DNA of 64,000 nt from Bdellovibrionales bacterium. GTDB taxonomy: Bacteria > Bdellovibrionota > Bdellovibrionia > Bdellovibrionales > JAGQZY01. The notes under the pieces were generated by a model. The model was not told where the DNA came from, did no database searches, and saw only the letters and a program-made list of their open reading frames with translations. The DNA is taken from contig CAXRHT010000002.1 of the NCBI GenBank assembly GCA_964230645.1, positions 544,001 to 608,000 on the forward strand, read 5' to 3'. Numbering within the stretch: the stretch's first letter is position 1; every line of letters begins with the position of its first letter. A program made the translations under genes and the position numbers. This document shows positions 9,919-19,767 of this stretch, piece after piece.

Positions 9919-10140
9919 GGCACACTGCCTTCTTGTCGTCCTAAGGCACACTCCCTTTTTGTCGTCCTGAGGCACACTCCCTTTTTGTCGTCCTGAGGCA
10001 CACTCCCTTTTTGTCGTCCTGAGGCACACTCCCTTTTTGTCGTCCTGAGGCGAAGCCGAAGGACCTTAGAGCGATCGAGACTCCCAAGATCCTTCGGCTT
10101 CGCCTCAGGATGACATTGGAAATTAAGCCTCAGGATGACA
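9919..10140. repeat. REP/REPIN-like cluster with five tandem 26-bp units
   Basis: 5 x GGCACACTCCCTTTTTGTCGTCCTGA (first unit degenerate; 9919-10048) leading into GGCGAAGCCGAAGGA, then the inverted AGATCCTTCGGCTTCGCCTCAGGATGACA and a partial copy. Confidence 0.92.
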
Positions 10141-10311
10141 GTGGGTTTTCCATAGTCTGGCACCTAGAAAAAGAAAGAAAACAAAGAGTGTCTAAAGTTT
10201 TGTCAGTCCTGAATTTATTATCTGATCTTACAATTTTTACCCCATTTAGACTCTGTCCTGATATATTGAGGCCAATCGAGCTTTGTCACAAATATTGTGA
10301 AAGGGACCCTC

Positions 10312-10716
10312 ATGTTAAAGACCCTCGGGTTAATGCTTTTTTTTATTTTGTTAAGTGTGAATACACAGGCCAATACCCAGTCCCGACTACAAAGTACGGC
10401 TCACTTTTTTGAAGAGCTCGGAGGCACAGAGGCTGAAGTACAAGTTCTCTTTTGCGAACCACTCAACGAAAACTACTTTAGTTTTTTAGAAAAGATTCGT
10501 GAGGGCTATTCCATGACGGCCACTCTCTTTGAGAGAGAAATCATTAAAGCGGAAAATACAGGTAAGAGCTGGCTGCAAGAGCATTTGCGCCAAGGAAGCC
10601 TTGAACTTCACCAGGAGTTTGAACAAGCGCTTGCTCTTATCAGTGAGATCCTTGAGGAGCAACGAGGCGAACTCAACCACCAAGATCGACTGCAGTGGTG
10701 TCAACAAGTCCGTTAA
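10312..10716 (+). CDS. Secreted hypothetical protein
   Basis: SD AAGGGA; signal peptide MLKTLGLMLFFILLSVNTQA. Confidence 0.65.
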   Translation: MLKTLGLMLFFILLSVNTQANTQSRLQSTAHFFEELGGTEAEVQVLFCEPLNENYFSFLEKIREGYSMTATLFEREIIKAENTGKSWLQEHLRQGSLELHQEFEQALALISEILEEQRGELNHQDRLQWCQQVR

Positions 10717-10871
10717 TCAGCACTCACCTCTTTATCGAAGCACCTAAAACCTGTGTGTAGGAAATCCTCTTTCCCAGTAAATAATAATTAAAAGAATTCT
10801 ATCTCCTGGTCCACTGTCGGGTTTTACCCCTTCAGCCTAGAATTCTCGCCCCTCTCTCCCGATAAGAATCA

Positions 10872-11723
10872 ATGACTCGCATTTATTGTAGCTTTTTTTT
10901 GTTCGCCTTTTTTTTGATTCTAACGGCCTGTTCTAAACAGGTTCATAACACCCAGGCTCAAGTGGCCTCGGAGGTGACTCAAACTCCTGAGGATTCAAAT
11001 GAGGATCTTGACGAGCCTCTCCCCGAAGAGCCTGCGCCAAAGCTCTTAGGCACAAGCCTTTTTATAGGAGATTCCCTTTCGTCCAATACAGAATTTGCTC
11101 ACAGTATAGTGGATTTCATAAATAGTCCTGAGGACCACTGTGAGGCTTTCCAAGGCAGTACTCTTAATCAAGCCCAGTCCTATGCTCGACCGAGCGCGGC
11201 TGTTCGCCATTATGCCGAGCTGGGTTCAAACAAAGACTGGCTTTGTGAGCAAAAAACGATTTATCGCAATGGAACCGGGGTGAACTTTACAGGAGGAGAG
11301 CTTTGTCAGGGCACCGAGGGTGAAACTATTTTTGATAATCTTTTAGATGGTCATAAACCCCAAACACTAATTATTGCCCTTGGCACAAACAGCTTGGGTT
11401 TTTCAGCCACCTACATAGAGTCTGAAACCTCAAAAATGCTTACATCCATTGATAGCTCTAAAGAATGTTACTGGATTCTTCCAACCTATGTTTCATCTAA
11501 ATATCGAGATCGCATAGTAAAAACGAGAAATGCCATAAAAGCTGCCATTGAGAACACCAACAGTACCTGCATTCCTATTGATACCTTTGAAGCTATGAGA
11601 GTGCAGACTCAGTGCTCGTCTTTTTATGTGAGTGATGGAATTCACCATACAAATTGTGGCTCCGGTCTTTGGGCTGACGAGGCTATCAGTCAAATTTGTG
11701 CTTTAAACTCACCGACCCAATAG
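10872..11723 (+). CDS. SGNH/GDSL hydrolase lipoprotein
   Basis: Lipobox LTAC; FIGDSLS (block I), LGTNS (block III), DGIH (block V). Confidence 0.85.
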   Translation: MTRIYCSFFLFAFFLILTACSKQVHNTQAQVASEVTQTPEDSNEDLDEPLPEEPAPKLLGTSLFIGDSLSSNTEFAHSIVDFINSPEDHCEAFQGSTLNQAQSYARPSAAVRHYAELGSNKDWLCEQKTIYRNGTGVNFTGGELCQGTEGETIFDNLLDGHKPQTLIIALGTNSLGFSATYIESETSKMLTSIDSSKECYWILPTYVSSKYRDRIVKTRNAIKAAIENTNSTCIPIDTFEAMRVQTQCSSFYVSDGIHHTNCGSGLWADEAISQICALNSPTQ

Positions 11724-12380
11724 AGGCAATATAAATTCAGCGAGAGAATCCATAACCACTGCAAGGTTTTTCTTAAAGTCTTCAGCCACGTTTTCTCTGG
11801 CGTTGTCTGTAATGCCCCTAATTTCATAATAAGGGATATTATTGAACTGCGCGCAGCGCGCACCCCCAGCAGATTCCCACGCCACGGCTAGGGCTCCTGT
11901 TTTTTCAAACAATGACTCAGCTCTTTTGACCGAAACAATGTCCTCATCACCGGAGGCAAGCGCGCCACGGTGAATATCATAGGGAAACTTCTTCTCGTCC
12001 TTGATGACAATAGGCGAAGTTTTAAATCTCGGACTCTTTGACTCAGGTGTAAAAAAAGAATGGTAGTCATGTTCGATGATCTCTTCGACAATTAAAAGGT
12101 CTAAAGGTTTAAGCTCCTTGGACAAGGCTCCCGCAGCACCGATGGTAATAATTCTGTCCACCGTCTTCAAATTTTGTAGCCAAAATTGCGTCTGGATTCC
12201 AAATTGAGTCTTGCCATGTCCACCTTGGGCCAAAACCAAAGCGTGTTCCTTGTTTTGATGGGCACTTATTTTTTTATCCCCACAACTTACTTGAAAAGAC
12301 TCGAAATTCACGCCTCTCTTTTCAAGCGCTGCCATCAAATATTTTCGTTCTAAGGATAGAGGGGTTAGTAATAAGGTCAT
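11709..12380 (-). CDS. mtnN: 5'-methylthioadenosine/S-adenosylhomocysteine nucleosidase family
   Basis: GGHGKT, IGAAGAL, LASGD, AVAWESAG, IRGITDNA. Confidence 0.85.
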   Translation of the reverse strand: MTLLLTPLSLERKYLMAALEKRGVNFESFQVSCGDKKISAHQNKEHALVLAQGGHGKTQFGIQTQFWLQNLKTVDRIITIGAAGALSKELKPLDLLIVEEIIEHDYHSFFTPESKSPRFKTSPIVIKDEKKFPYDIHRGALASGDEDIVSVKRAESLFEKTGALAVAWESAGGARCAQFNNIPYYEIRGITDNARENVAEDFKKNLAVVMDSLAEFILPLLGR

Positions 12381-12461
12381 AGTGCCTAGTAAAACATTTG
12401 GCTTAAAACCGCAATCGATACTATCCCCCTCTGACTCATTTCATCGATCAAAATTAGACAT

Positions 12462-12494
12462 AAAAAAACCCTACTTATGGAAGTAGGGTTTTTT
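12462..12494. terminator. Intrinsic terminator with A/T tails on both sides
   Basis: AAAAAAACCCTACTT-ATGG-AAGTAGGGTTTTTT downstream of the 12520..12813 gene. Confidence 0.85.
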
Positions 12495-12519
12495 AATTTT
12501 TTTAAATTTAATTTTTAAA

Positions 12520-12813
12520 TTACTGACAAGTTGCTTTTGTGAAAACGTTGTCTTTGTATGCAGCAGCTTGAGCGATCATTTCACCATCAGCAGAATACAC
12601 AGTGTATACGAAAGCCGTCTTACCAGAAGAAGCTTTGGCTTTTGTTGTCACTCCGATATCAGAAGCAGCCACTTGCACTCCACAAGCTCTTTTTACTTTT
12701 CCTTTAGCCCACTCGCTTTTGTCTGGAAACTGCATATTAGGCATATCCATGTTTACGAAAGCAAAGGCACTTGTTGAAAAAAGGATGGCACAAATTGTTA
12801 CTAGTGTTTTCAT
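12520..12813 (-). CDS. Small secreted hypothetical protein
   Basis: SD GAGGGAG; signal peptide MKTLVTICAILFSTSAFA; followed by a terminator. Confidence 0.75.
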   Translation of the reverse strand: MKTLVTICAILFSTSAFAFVNMDMPNMQFPDKSEWAKGKVKRACGVQVAASDIGVTTKAKASSGKTAFVYTVYSADGEMIAQAAAYKDNVFTKATCQ

Positions 12814-13089
12814 AATTTTCTCCCTCATTAGGTACGTTGTTGCATTCTTTTTTTAATCAGCGCAGCATGCTTTTGCAAACAAAAACCCGGCTGCGAAAAA
12901 AACCTATAAAAAAGTAAAAAGGTGGCTAATTTGGTAGCGAAACTTCTACAAAGCCTTTAGTTTTCACAACGATTTCAATGGCTTAAAACAGGCCTCCAGC
13001 AACACTCCCAGTACCCTGACGGTGAAAGTCTTCCTGTTTTTTGACAAGGAGCACCACTATCTGTCAAAGATAACCCCCTTTCAAAAATA

Positions 13090-15084
13090 TCAAAACAGCC
13101 AACGCACACCTCCCACAAAGTTTCGGCCTGGTAGTAGCACTCTATCTTTCAAGAGGGAAACATGGTTTCGAGCTTTCACATCAGCAATGTTATTCACTTG
13201 AAAATACAGTTTTAGCAATGATTCTGAAGATAGTTTGAAAGTGTAGTTAAAATCAAAATTCAAAAGATTGTAACTAGATGTCGGCGTCTCTTGGGGAGCG
13301 GTTCGAGTTTGCTCAAAAACATTTCTCCAACTTAGGGAACTGGAAATGGCTTTCCGATCAAACTGCGCACCTAACCCTAGACGAATGGGAGATATCTGCG
13401 GCAAGGGTTCGTCGGTGGCCAGATTTTGACCATAAAGGTAATCCGCTGTGAATCGCAAACTCCAATAGGCATGGAGACGCTGACGCACCTCTAATTCCGC
13501 TCCATTGATTCGCGCTCTTTGCGATTGATAGTTGTATATCTCAAAGTCCTCGGGCGAATCTCCCGCGGTTCCACTCTCATCAGTATCGGCAAAAGTTCCC
13601 GAGGGATTTAAACTCACAAAGTTTGAGAACTCCTGATCAAAAACAGTGAAGCCCACATAAAAGTTTCGGGTCTTTCTTTTTATTGACCATTCTAATGCAA
13701 AGTTTGTTTCTTTTTCTAAGTCACTCTCCCCTACTTCAAAAATACCCAGAGCCAAATGGGGACCGTTGGAGAAGAGCTCTTGATAAGTGGGTGCTCTTTC
13801 ATTGTAAGAAAGATTAAAGCTAGTGGAGGTCTTTTGATTAAAACTATAAACGCCTCCAAGAGCAGCACTAGTAGTTAAAAAATCAGCGCTTTGATCCTGG
13901 GCTTGAGTGGGACCTTGATAGGCTTTTAGGTTAGTGCTCTCACCACGAAGGCCAAAGTTGAACTTAAAAGGTCTTAATTCAATTTCTTCAAAGGCAAAAA
14001 GAGCGATGGCTTCCTTGTCAGTCGTCGGTAAAAAGGCCTCTTCCCCCTGAGCGGAATACTCCAAAACTTGAGTCTGTAGGCCTAGAATTCCATGCCACCC
14101 GTCTTTATTGGCTTGGACTAATTCAACTCTTGATTCGTTACCCGTATTGTCAAAAATCGTTCCCGTCTCGCCACCTTCAAGTTCCGTGTGTTCATAGAAA
14201 GTTTGCGCAGATTTCACCCGAAGACCTGTAAAGAAGCCACTTAAACTTTTATGGCCAGCGAGATCAATACGACGTTGCTTCAGGTTGATATCAACATCAG
14301 TCTCGCTCACTACACCATAAGTATTTTCAAAAGAGGCATAAGAAACGCCCAAATAATTTTGTCGATCAAAAAAATAGGTCGAGCCAGCAGCCATGGCTCT
14401 CTGCTCGGTTTCAGAATTTTGAATTTCACCTTCCGGTGTGGCCGTGTTTCTGGCATTGGTGTACTGACCATCGACGTGAAACATCCAATCACTCACTCCG
14501 TAGTCTAATTTTCCCGAAACACTATTACCCTGGTTAACGGATTCGTATTTATCATCGAGGCCTCCATAGAGTCCTGGGAAATAGGACTTATGAATTCTTG
14601 AGTTGACGATATTAACCACTCCGCCCACAGCCGAGGAGCCGTAAAGGAGACTGATCGGCCCCCTCACAATTTCCACACTTTCTGAAGTCAGGGGATTCAT
14701 GGGAACCGCGTGATCCTCGCTAGTTCCGGAGGCATCCAGAATTCCAATTCCGTTCTGAAGAATACGAATTCTATCACCCTTAAGGCCTCGGATAACAGGT
14801 CTTGATGAGTTGGGACCAAATTGAGTGGAGTTCACTCCAAGCTCTTCTCTGAGGGTTTCACCGAGAGAGTTTTTGGCCTTCTCCATAAGCTCCTCACCAT
14901 GGAGATTGGTCACAGTGGGAATTGTATGGAGAATATCACTTCGCTCCTGGCCTCCCAGAACTTGAATGGGCCCTAGGTGGATAATGGAATCATGATGATG
15001 ATCACCATCCTCAGTGTGCTCCTCTTGAGCGTGAACAGAAAAAACGGACAGAAATACGGCTGAAATTAAAATAAATTGAGTCAT
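13090..15084 (-). CDS. TonB-dependent receptor, ZnuD-like zinc transporter
   Basis: His-rich N-terminus (EEHTEDGDHHHD); plug motifs SRPVIRG, SEDHAV, VEIVRGPISLLYGSSAVGGVVN; ELFSNGPHLA; C-terminal GRNF...WLF; start at MTQFIL. Confidence 0.92.
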   Translation of the reverse strand: MTQFILISAVFLSVFSVHAQEEHTEDGDHHHDSIIHLGPIQVLGGQERSDILHTIPTVTNLHGEELMEKAKNSLGETLREELGVNSTQFGPNSSRPVIRGLKGDRIRILQNGIGILDASGTSEDHAVPMNPLTSESVEIVRGPISLLYGSSAVGGVVNIVNSRIHKSYFPGLYGGLDDKYESVNQGNSVSGKLDYGVSDWMFHVDGQYTNARNTATPEGEIQNSETEQRAMAAGSTYFFDRQNYLGVSYASFENTYGVVSETDVDINLKQRRIDLAGHKSLSGFFTGLRVKSAQTFYEHTELEGGETGTIFDNTGNESRVELVQANKDGWHGILGLQTQVLEYSAQGEEAFLPTTDKEAIALFAFEEIELRPFKFNFGLRGESTNLKAYQGPTQAQDQSADFLTTSAALGGVYSFNQKTSTSFNLSYNERAPTYQELFSNGPHLALGIFEVGESDLEKETNFALEWSIKRKTRNFYVGFTVFDQEFSNFVSLNPSGTFADTDESGTAGDSPEDFEIYNYQSQRARINGAELEVRQRLHAYWSLRFTADYLYGQNLATDEPLPQISPIRLGLGAQFDRKAISSSLSWRNVFEQTRTAPQETPTSSYNLLNFDFNYTFKLSSESLLKLYFQVNNIADVKARNHVSLLKDRVLLPGRNFVGGVRWLF

Positions 15085-15093
15085 AGAGTCTTG

Positions 15094-15110
15094 TTGCAAT
15101 ACTTTTGCAT
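15094..15110. promoter_or_regulatory. Putative Fur/Zur-family operator (box 1)
   Basis: TTGCAA-TACTT-TTGCAT, about 10 nt upstream of the receptor ATG. Confidence 0.7.
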
Positions 15111-15126
15111 TAAGGTCTAGACTTTT

Positions 15127-15143
15127 TTGCAAATATGTTGCAA
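15127..15143. promoter_or_regulatory. Putative Fur/Zur-family operator (box 2)
   Basis: Perfect TTGCAA-ATATG-TTGCAA, 10 nt upstream of the tonB ATG. Confidence 0.75.
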
Positions 15144-15153
15144 TAAGTTATTT

Positions 15154-15753
15154 ATGAAATGGTCACTCCCATTAAGCCTTATATTGCATGGACTTCTGGT
15201 ACTCCCCTTTTTTTGGCCCCAAAGTAAAGAACCCACCTATAGCCAGGTTTCAACCATAGAACTTCTAGGGGCTCCGGCCCACAAACAAAAAAAGAGAGCG
15301 AAAAAAGTGCGGGGCTCAAAAAAGGTGAAAAAGCCAAAAGAAAAGAAAGAACAGGATTTTGCCAAATCCAGTGAAAGCACTCCGAAAGAGGGAAATGCCG
15401 AGGTCGACGCTCCCGAAATCGAAGGGGGGTCTCAGAGCGGAGGAACACGCTTGACCGTCGTAGCCCAGTACGCTCAAGACTTGCAACTCTTTATTGAGAA
15501 AAACAGATACTATCCCAGACGCGCCCTTGTAATGGAACAAACCGGAGTGGTTAAAGTAAAACTCACGATAGATGCTCAAGGCCATTTTACGGAAGTGGAG
15601 GTGGTAGAACCTTCCTCCCACGAGATTTTAAACCGAGCGGCAAAGAATCTAGTGACCGATTTGAGAAAATTTAAACCCCTGCCTTCCGTTTATCGAGGTA
15701 ATGGCACTTTCGTCATTCCTATTAACTACCAACTACAAAACTCAGGAATATAA
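15154..15753 (+). CDS. tonB: Energy transducer TonB
   Basis: TM with SLILHG, Lys-rich linker, YPRRA...GVVKVKLTIDAQG...SSHEILNRAA TonB-C domain. Confidence 0.9.
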   Translation: MKWSLPLSLILHGLLVLPFFWPQSKEPTYSQVSTIELLGAPAHKQKKRAKKVRGSKKVKKPKEKKEQDFAKSSESTPKEGNAEVDAPEIEGGSQSGGTRLTVVAQYAQDLQLFIEKNRYYPRRALVMEQTGVVKVKLTIDAQGHFTEVEVVEPSSHEILNRAAKNLVTDLRKFKPLPSVYRGNGTFVIPINYQLQNSGI

Positions 15754-15755
15754 TA

Positions 15756-16193
15756 ATGAACTTTGAAGAGTTAGAAAATCGATTGAGAGATAAAAAGATG
15801 CGAGTGACCCAGGCTCGAAAAGAAATCTTCTCCTTGTTACAAAAAAGCTCGAAATCTCTCACGCCCAAAGAAATTTTTGAGCAAATCAAAACCAGCAGTG
15901 GCACGGATTTAGCCTCCGTTTATCGTAACCTCACTTTGTTTCAAGAGATGGGGCTGGCTCACCGCTTTCAGGATGGTAGCTTCTCTAATTGCCATCACGA
16001 CCATCACGAACAAGATGGCCATCGACATATCCATTTTATTAGTCATTGCGTGGAATGTGGAAAAAAAGACGAGATTCAAAGTCACTCTAAAAAAGTTTGT
16101 TCGCTAGCTAATGAGATCGGCAAACTGAGCCACACTCTCACAACCCTAAACGAGGTTGTGGTTCAAGGACTTTGTACTAAATGCGATAAATAA
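15756..16193 (+). CDS. zur: Fur-family regulator, probably Zur
   Basis: RVTQARKEI, ASVYRNL, His-rich HHDHHE...HRHIH, CVEC and CTKC; located next to a zinc receptor. Confidence 0.85.
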   Translation: MNFEELENRLRDKKMRVTQARKEIFSLLQKSSKSLTPKEIFEQIKTSSGTDLASVYRNLTLFQEMGLAHRFQDGSFSNCHHDHHEQDGHRHIHFISHCVECGKKDEIQSHSKKVCSLANEIGKLSHTLTTLNEVVVQGLCTKCDK

Positions 16194-16246
16194 AAATGCA
16201 AGGACCTAGACCCTTGCTTTTATTCTTATGCAATTTTGCTTTTTTA

Positions 16247-18184
16247 TTAACGGTACTGAACTTCTTCGACATCAAAACCATGACGAGACACCGAGTAATC
16301 CGACTGAATCCTTAGAATAATCTGCTCCCCCGAGGCTGTGGGAGAAAACTCTCCATCGTGATTGCCATCCCATTTGCCTAGAAGGTGGCCTGAGCCATCG
16401 TAAAAGTAAACGAAATCGTAATTTTTTTCGGTTTCAAAACGTGAAAACTTCACTCGAATCTCGGTGGCCCCTTCTTGTCTGAAAACCACTTCTTCATCCA
16501 AATTGTTTTCATAAGGATGGGCCGTTGAAACAGGATCACGGAAACTTCTCCACTGATCACCACGAGGCTCGTCATCGTAGTGCACTCGGTCCACATCAAA
16601 GCCATATCGATTCACAGAATAGTCACTGATAAATTGTACGATAATCGTGTCTCCTGATGCCACTGGAGAATAACTGTCATCGTGATTTCCAGTCATCTCT
16701 CCAAGTTCGTTTCCAGAACCATCAAAGAAAAGAACTTTATCGTAACCACTTTCAAGATCAAAGCGATCAAAATGAAGGGCCACTCTCGAAGCTCCTGGAA
16801 CTCTGAAAGTATAGGACTGATTGGTGTCCTCAAGATAAGGATGATCTGTGGAAAGACTTTCCCCACGACTGTCCCACTGGCTGGGGTCATCGAAGTTTTT
16901 GGGAGGCAGAGTGTTTGTTAATGCGTTATAAGCATTGATAAAACCATGACTCACTTTATTTCTAAGAGCGTTGGTAGGAATGGAAGTTCCAAGGATACGC
17001 GCTTTGATTTCCTGATAATTCATCCCAGGAGCATCCGCGAGTAAAAGGGCTGCTACACCTGCGACATGAGGGGAAGCCATTGAGGTTCCGCTCAAGCTTT
17101 TTAGTCCATTCACACCCGTACTTAAGATATCCACCCCAGGAGCTGCCACATGCACGGAACGTCTCCCGTAATTGGAAAAACTCGCCATGCGACCTCTTGA
17201 GTCGACCGCCGCCACCGAGATCACATTGGGAACCTGGTAGCTGGCAGGATAAGAGGGTCTTGAGTCATTATTATTGCGATTGTTTCCTGCCGCGGCCACA
17301 AAAAGAATGCCGGCCTGCTCGGCTCTTTCAATGGCGAGTTTGAGGTTTTCACTATAACCTCCCCCACCCCAGGAATTATTCATGATATCGACACCTTTAT
17401 CCGTGGCATAGTCGATCGCCTTGAGAGCATCTTCGAGAGTTCCTCCTCCTTGTCCCTTTAAGAACTTAAGCGCCATGATGCGAACATTCCAGTTTACACC
17501 GACAACACCAATACCGTTATTTCCTTGGGCTCCGATGGTCCCCGCACAGTGAGATCCGTGATCGTTGTCATCCATAGGATCACTGTCGCTGTTGGCGAAA
17601 TCATAACCATAAATATCATCGACATAGCCATTGCCATCATCATCAACCCCTGGTTGACCATTAAGCTCGGCTTGGTTTTGCCACATATTGTTTCTAAGAT
17701 CCGGGTCTCGGTAGTTAACCCCTGTATCAATAACGGCTACAACGACGTCACGACTTCCAGTGGTGATATCCCAAGCGGCCTCGGCATCGATGTCCACTCC
17801 GCCATTGTTTTTATTGGCGTTAACAAGGCCCCAAAGATCTTGCAAAAAGGCATCATCAGGAGTCCTGGAGGCTTCATATATATAGTTAGGTTCAGCAATC
17901 TCAACCATGGGATGAGACTTTAACTCTTCTAGAACAGAGTCGACTTGTTGAAGCATTGTTTTTTTAACAACCACTGTGCGGGAGTTTTCTGAAACCACTC
18001 TTTTCATTTCCGCATCCAAACTTTGCATCATTGTGCCCATGGACTGCTGACTCATGGCTCCCACTGCAGGCTTTAGTTTTACAACGAACTCCCCGGCCAC
18101 ATAGGGTGCGTCGACGGCACCGTAAGCAAATGCTGGTAAAAACCAACTCAATATTAACCCAATTAATCGTCCTTGATTATTCAT
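16247..18184 (-). CDS. Secreted S8 subtilisin-like protease with two C-terminal CUB-like domains
   Basis: VAVIDTG, HGSHCAG, GTSMASPHVAG triad; two repeats of HPY...FDLESGYD...SDYSV. Confidence 0.95.
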   Translation of the reverse strand: MNNQGRLIGLILSWFLPAFAYGAVDAPYVAGEFVVKLKPAVGAMSQQSMGTMMQSLDAEMKRVVSENSRTVVVKKTMLQQVDSVLEELKSHPMVEIAEPNYIYEASRTPDDAFLQDLWGLVNANKNNGGVDIDAEAAWDITTGSRDVVVAVIDTGVNYRDPDLRNNMWQNQAELNGQPGVDDDGNGYVDDIYGYDFANSDSDPMDDNDHGSHCAGTIGAQGNNGIGVVGVNWNVRIMALKFLKGQGGGTLEDALKAIDYATDKGVDIMNNSWGGGGYSENLKLAIERAEQAGILFVAAAGNNRNNNDSRPSYPASYQVPNVISVAAVDSRGRMASFSNYGRRSVHVAAPGVDILSTGVNGLKSLSGTSMASPHVAGVAALLLADAPGMNYQEIKARILGTSIPTNALRNKVSHGFINAYNALTNTLPPKNFDDPSQWDSRGESLSTDHPYLEDTNQSYTFRVPGASRVALHFDRFDLESGYDKVLFFDGSGNELGEMTGNHDDSYSPVASGDTIIVQFISDYSVNRYGFDVDRVHYDDEPRGDQWRSFRDPVSTAHPYENNLDEEVVFRQEGATEIRVKFSRFETEKNYDFVYFYDGSGHLLGKWDGNHDGEFSPTASGEQIILRIQSDYSVSRHGFDVEEVQYR

Positions 18185-18479
18185 TGACCCCCCAAAAATT
18201 GAAATAAGATTTAATAGTCAAAAGAGTGTCCGTCGTCCCCTTGACGGATAAACTCCATTGTATCTAATAATTTAGACTTTCTTTAGGACGATGGGGTTAA
18301 AACAATTCCCACAAGTTCGCTCTTGCCTTAAATACTCTGTTGCCACCAAGACCTACGCCTGTAGCAACCCAAAGACGGCTTTGGAGGCCAATAATTTTAT
18401 TTTATCGATGGGTTAAGCGTTGAAAAAAGTCGAGGAAGTTCGTAATTAAAGAGTATTACTCAAGAAATAGGGAGGAAGA

Positions 18480-19235
18480 ATGGAGAAATGGACACTTATC
18501 ACAGGAGCCACTTCAGGAATTGGACGAGCCACGGCTTCCCTTTTGGCTAAAAATAAAACCTCCCTTATTTTAACTGGACGACGGTCGGAAAGACTGGCCG
18601 AAATCAAAACCCAATTGGAGGAAAATTTTTCCGCTAACGTTGAAACTCTTTGTTTTGATGTCTCCGATCGCAGAGCTTGCGAAAGTGTTTTTAAAGAAAA
18701 CGAAGAGCTGCTCTCTCAAACCCAAACCTTAATCAATAATGCGGGTCTTGCTCGCGGTGTTGAGCCAATGGACGAGGCCTCCATTGATGACTGGGAGGAG
18801 ATGATTAACACCAACGTGAAGGGGCTTCTCTACATGACTCGTCTTTGCCTTCCATTCTTAAAGAAAAATAGCCCTTCTCATATTGTGAATGTGGGCTCAG
18901 TGGCAGGAAGGTGGGCCTACCCGGGAGGCGGTGTTTACGCTTCAACAAAGTTTGCGGTAAGAGCCCTTTCCGAAGGTCTTCGCATGGACCTTAACGGCCA
19001 GAACGTAAGAGTCACTAATATTTGCCCGGGCCTTGTTGAAACTGAGTTCAGTAATGTGCGTTTAAAAGATGATAAAAAAGCCAAAGAAGTTTATGAAGGT
19101 ATGACTCCCTTAAAAGCCAAAGACATCGCCGAATGTATTTTTTGGTCTTTAGAGCGCCCCAGCCACGTCAACATTCAAGAAATGATCGTCTTTCCTACCG
19201 ACCAAGCCTCCGTAGGCATTGTGGACAGAAAATAA
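18480..19235 (+). CDS. Short-chain dehydrogenase/reductase (YdfG-like)
   Basis: TGATSGIG, NNAGLA, YASTK, PGLVETEFS, RPSHVNI. Confidence 0.92.
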   Translation: MEKWTLITGATSGIGRATASLLAKNKTSLILTGRRSERLAEIKTQLEENFSANVETLCFDVSDRRACESVFKENEELLSQTQTLINNAGLARGVEPMDEASIDDWEEMINTNVKGLLYMTRLCLPFLKKNSPSHIVNVGSVAGRWAYPGGGVYASTKFAVRALSEGLRMDLNGQNVRVTNICPGLVETEFSNVRLKDDKKAKEVYEGMTPLKAKDIAECIFWSLERPSHVNIQEMIVFPTDQASVGIVDRK

Positions 19236-19332
19236 TCTAATCAACGAAAGAAGACCGGCTCGATCCGACGGCCATCAAGATTCTAATAGAGTTGATCACG
19301 AAGACTAACTTCGAGACACTAAATTTCTTTTT

Positions 19333-19361
19333 TTGACAGTATGATGCGTGAGCAGTAATCT
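19333..19361 (+). promoter_or_regulatory. Sigma70-type promoter, likely giving a leaderless transcript
   Basis: TTGACA-N17-TAATCT, then 6 nt to ATG 19368. Confidence 0.7.
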
Positions 19362-19367
19362 AAAACT

Positions 19368-19694
19368 ATGTTTTTCGATACTCGGAAACCCCTTTTATGG
19401 ATCTTCTTTGCCGCCATTTTGATGGTGAGTTTTGGCCCCACTCTGGCCAAAGTTCTTGAGAAGCGCCCGCTTAAATCAGCGCCTCTATCAAAGCTTGAGA
19501 CTTCCGTAGAGATAGAAAAAGAAAGCAGTGAAAAGGACGACTTTTCAGAATCCTTTGATTGGGACCTAAGCTTTCCAATCGACTCTCTCAAATTTGAGTT
19601 TATAAAAACCACTCTAGGTTTTGAAAATTTAATAATCATCCATAAAAATTCGTATCTTGGTTATTTTTTAAGAGCCCCTCCCTTTATCCAATAG
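19368..19694 (+). CDS. Candidate RAPP-type translation-arrest leader protein of the sbtA operon
   Basis: N-terminal hydrophobic signal/TM, acidic middle, C-terminal YFLRAPPFIQ*; stop region complementary to the sbtA SD. Confidence 0.7.
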   Translation: MFFDTRKPLLWIFFAAILMVSFGPTLAKVLEKRPLKSAPLSKLETSVEIEKESSEKDDFSESFDWDLSFPIDSLKFEFIKTTLGFENLIIIHKNSYLGYFLRAPPFIQ

Positions 19695-19767
19695 TTACCT
19701 AAATTCTTTTTTCTAATTTTTGACTTGAACTGACTGATTCACAGTCTTTGATCTATTGGAGTATTCA

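Noticed and set aside
9919..10048. Possible CRISPR array
   Set aside because: Units are contiguous near-identical 26-mers with no unique spacers, and no cas genes are in the window.
9685..10412. ORFs 9685..10029, 9825..10163 and 10110..10412
   Set aside because: Translations of the repeat array, or overlaps with better-supported genes.
18190..18479. Possible riboswitch (e.g. c-di-GMP) upstream of the S8 protease
   Set aside because: Only short hairpins are present; no recognisable aptamer consensus on either strand.
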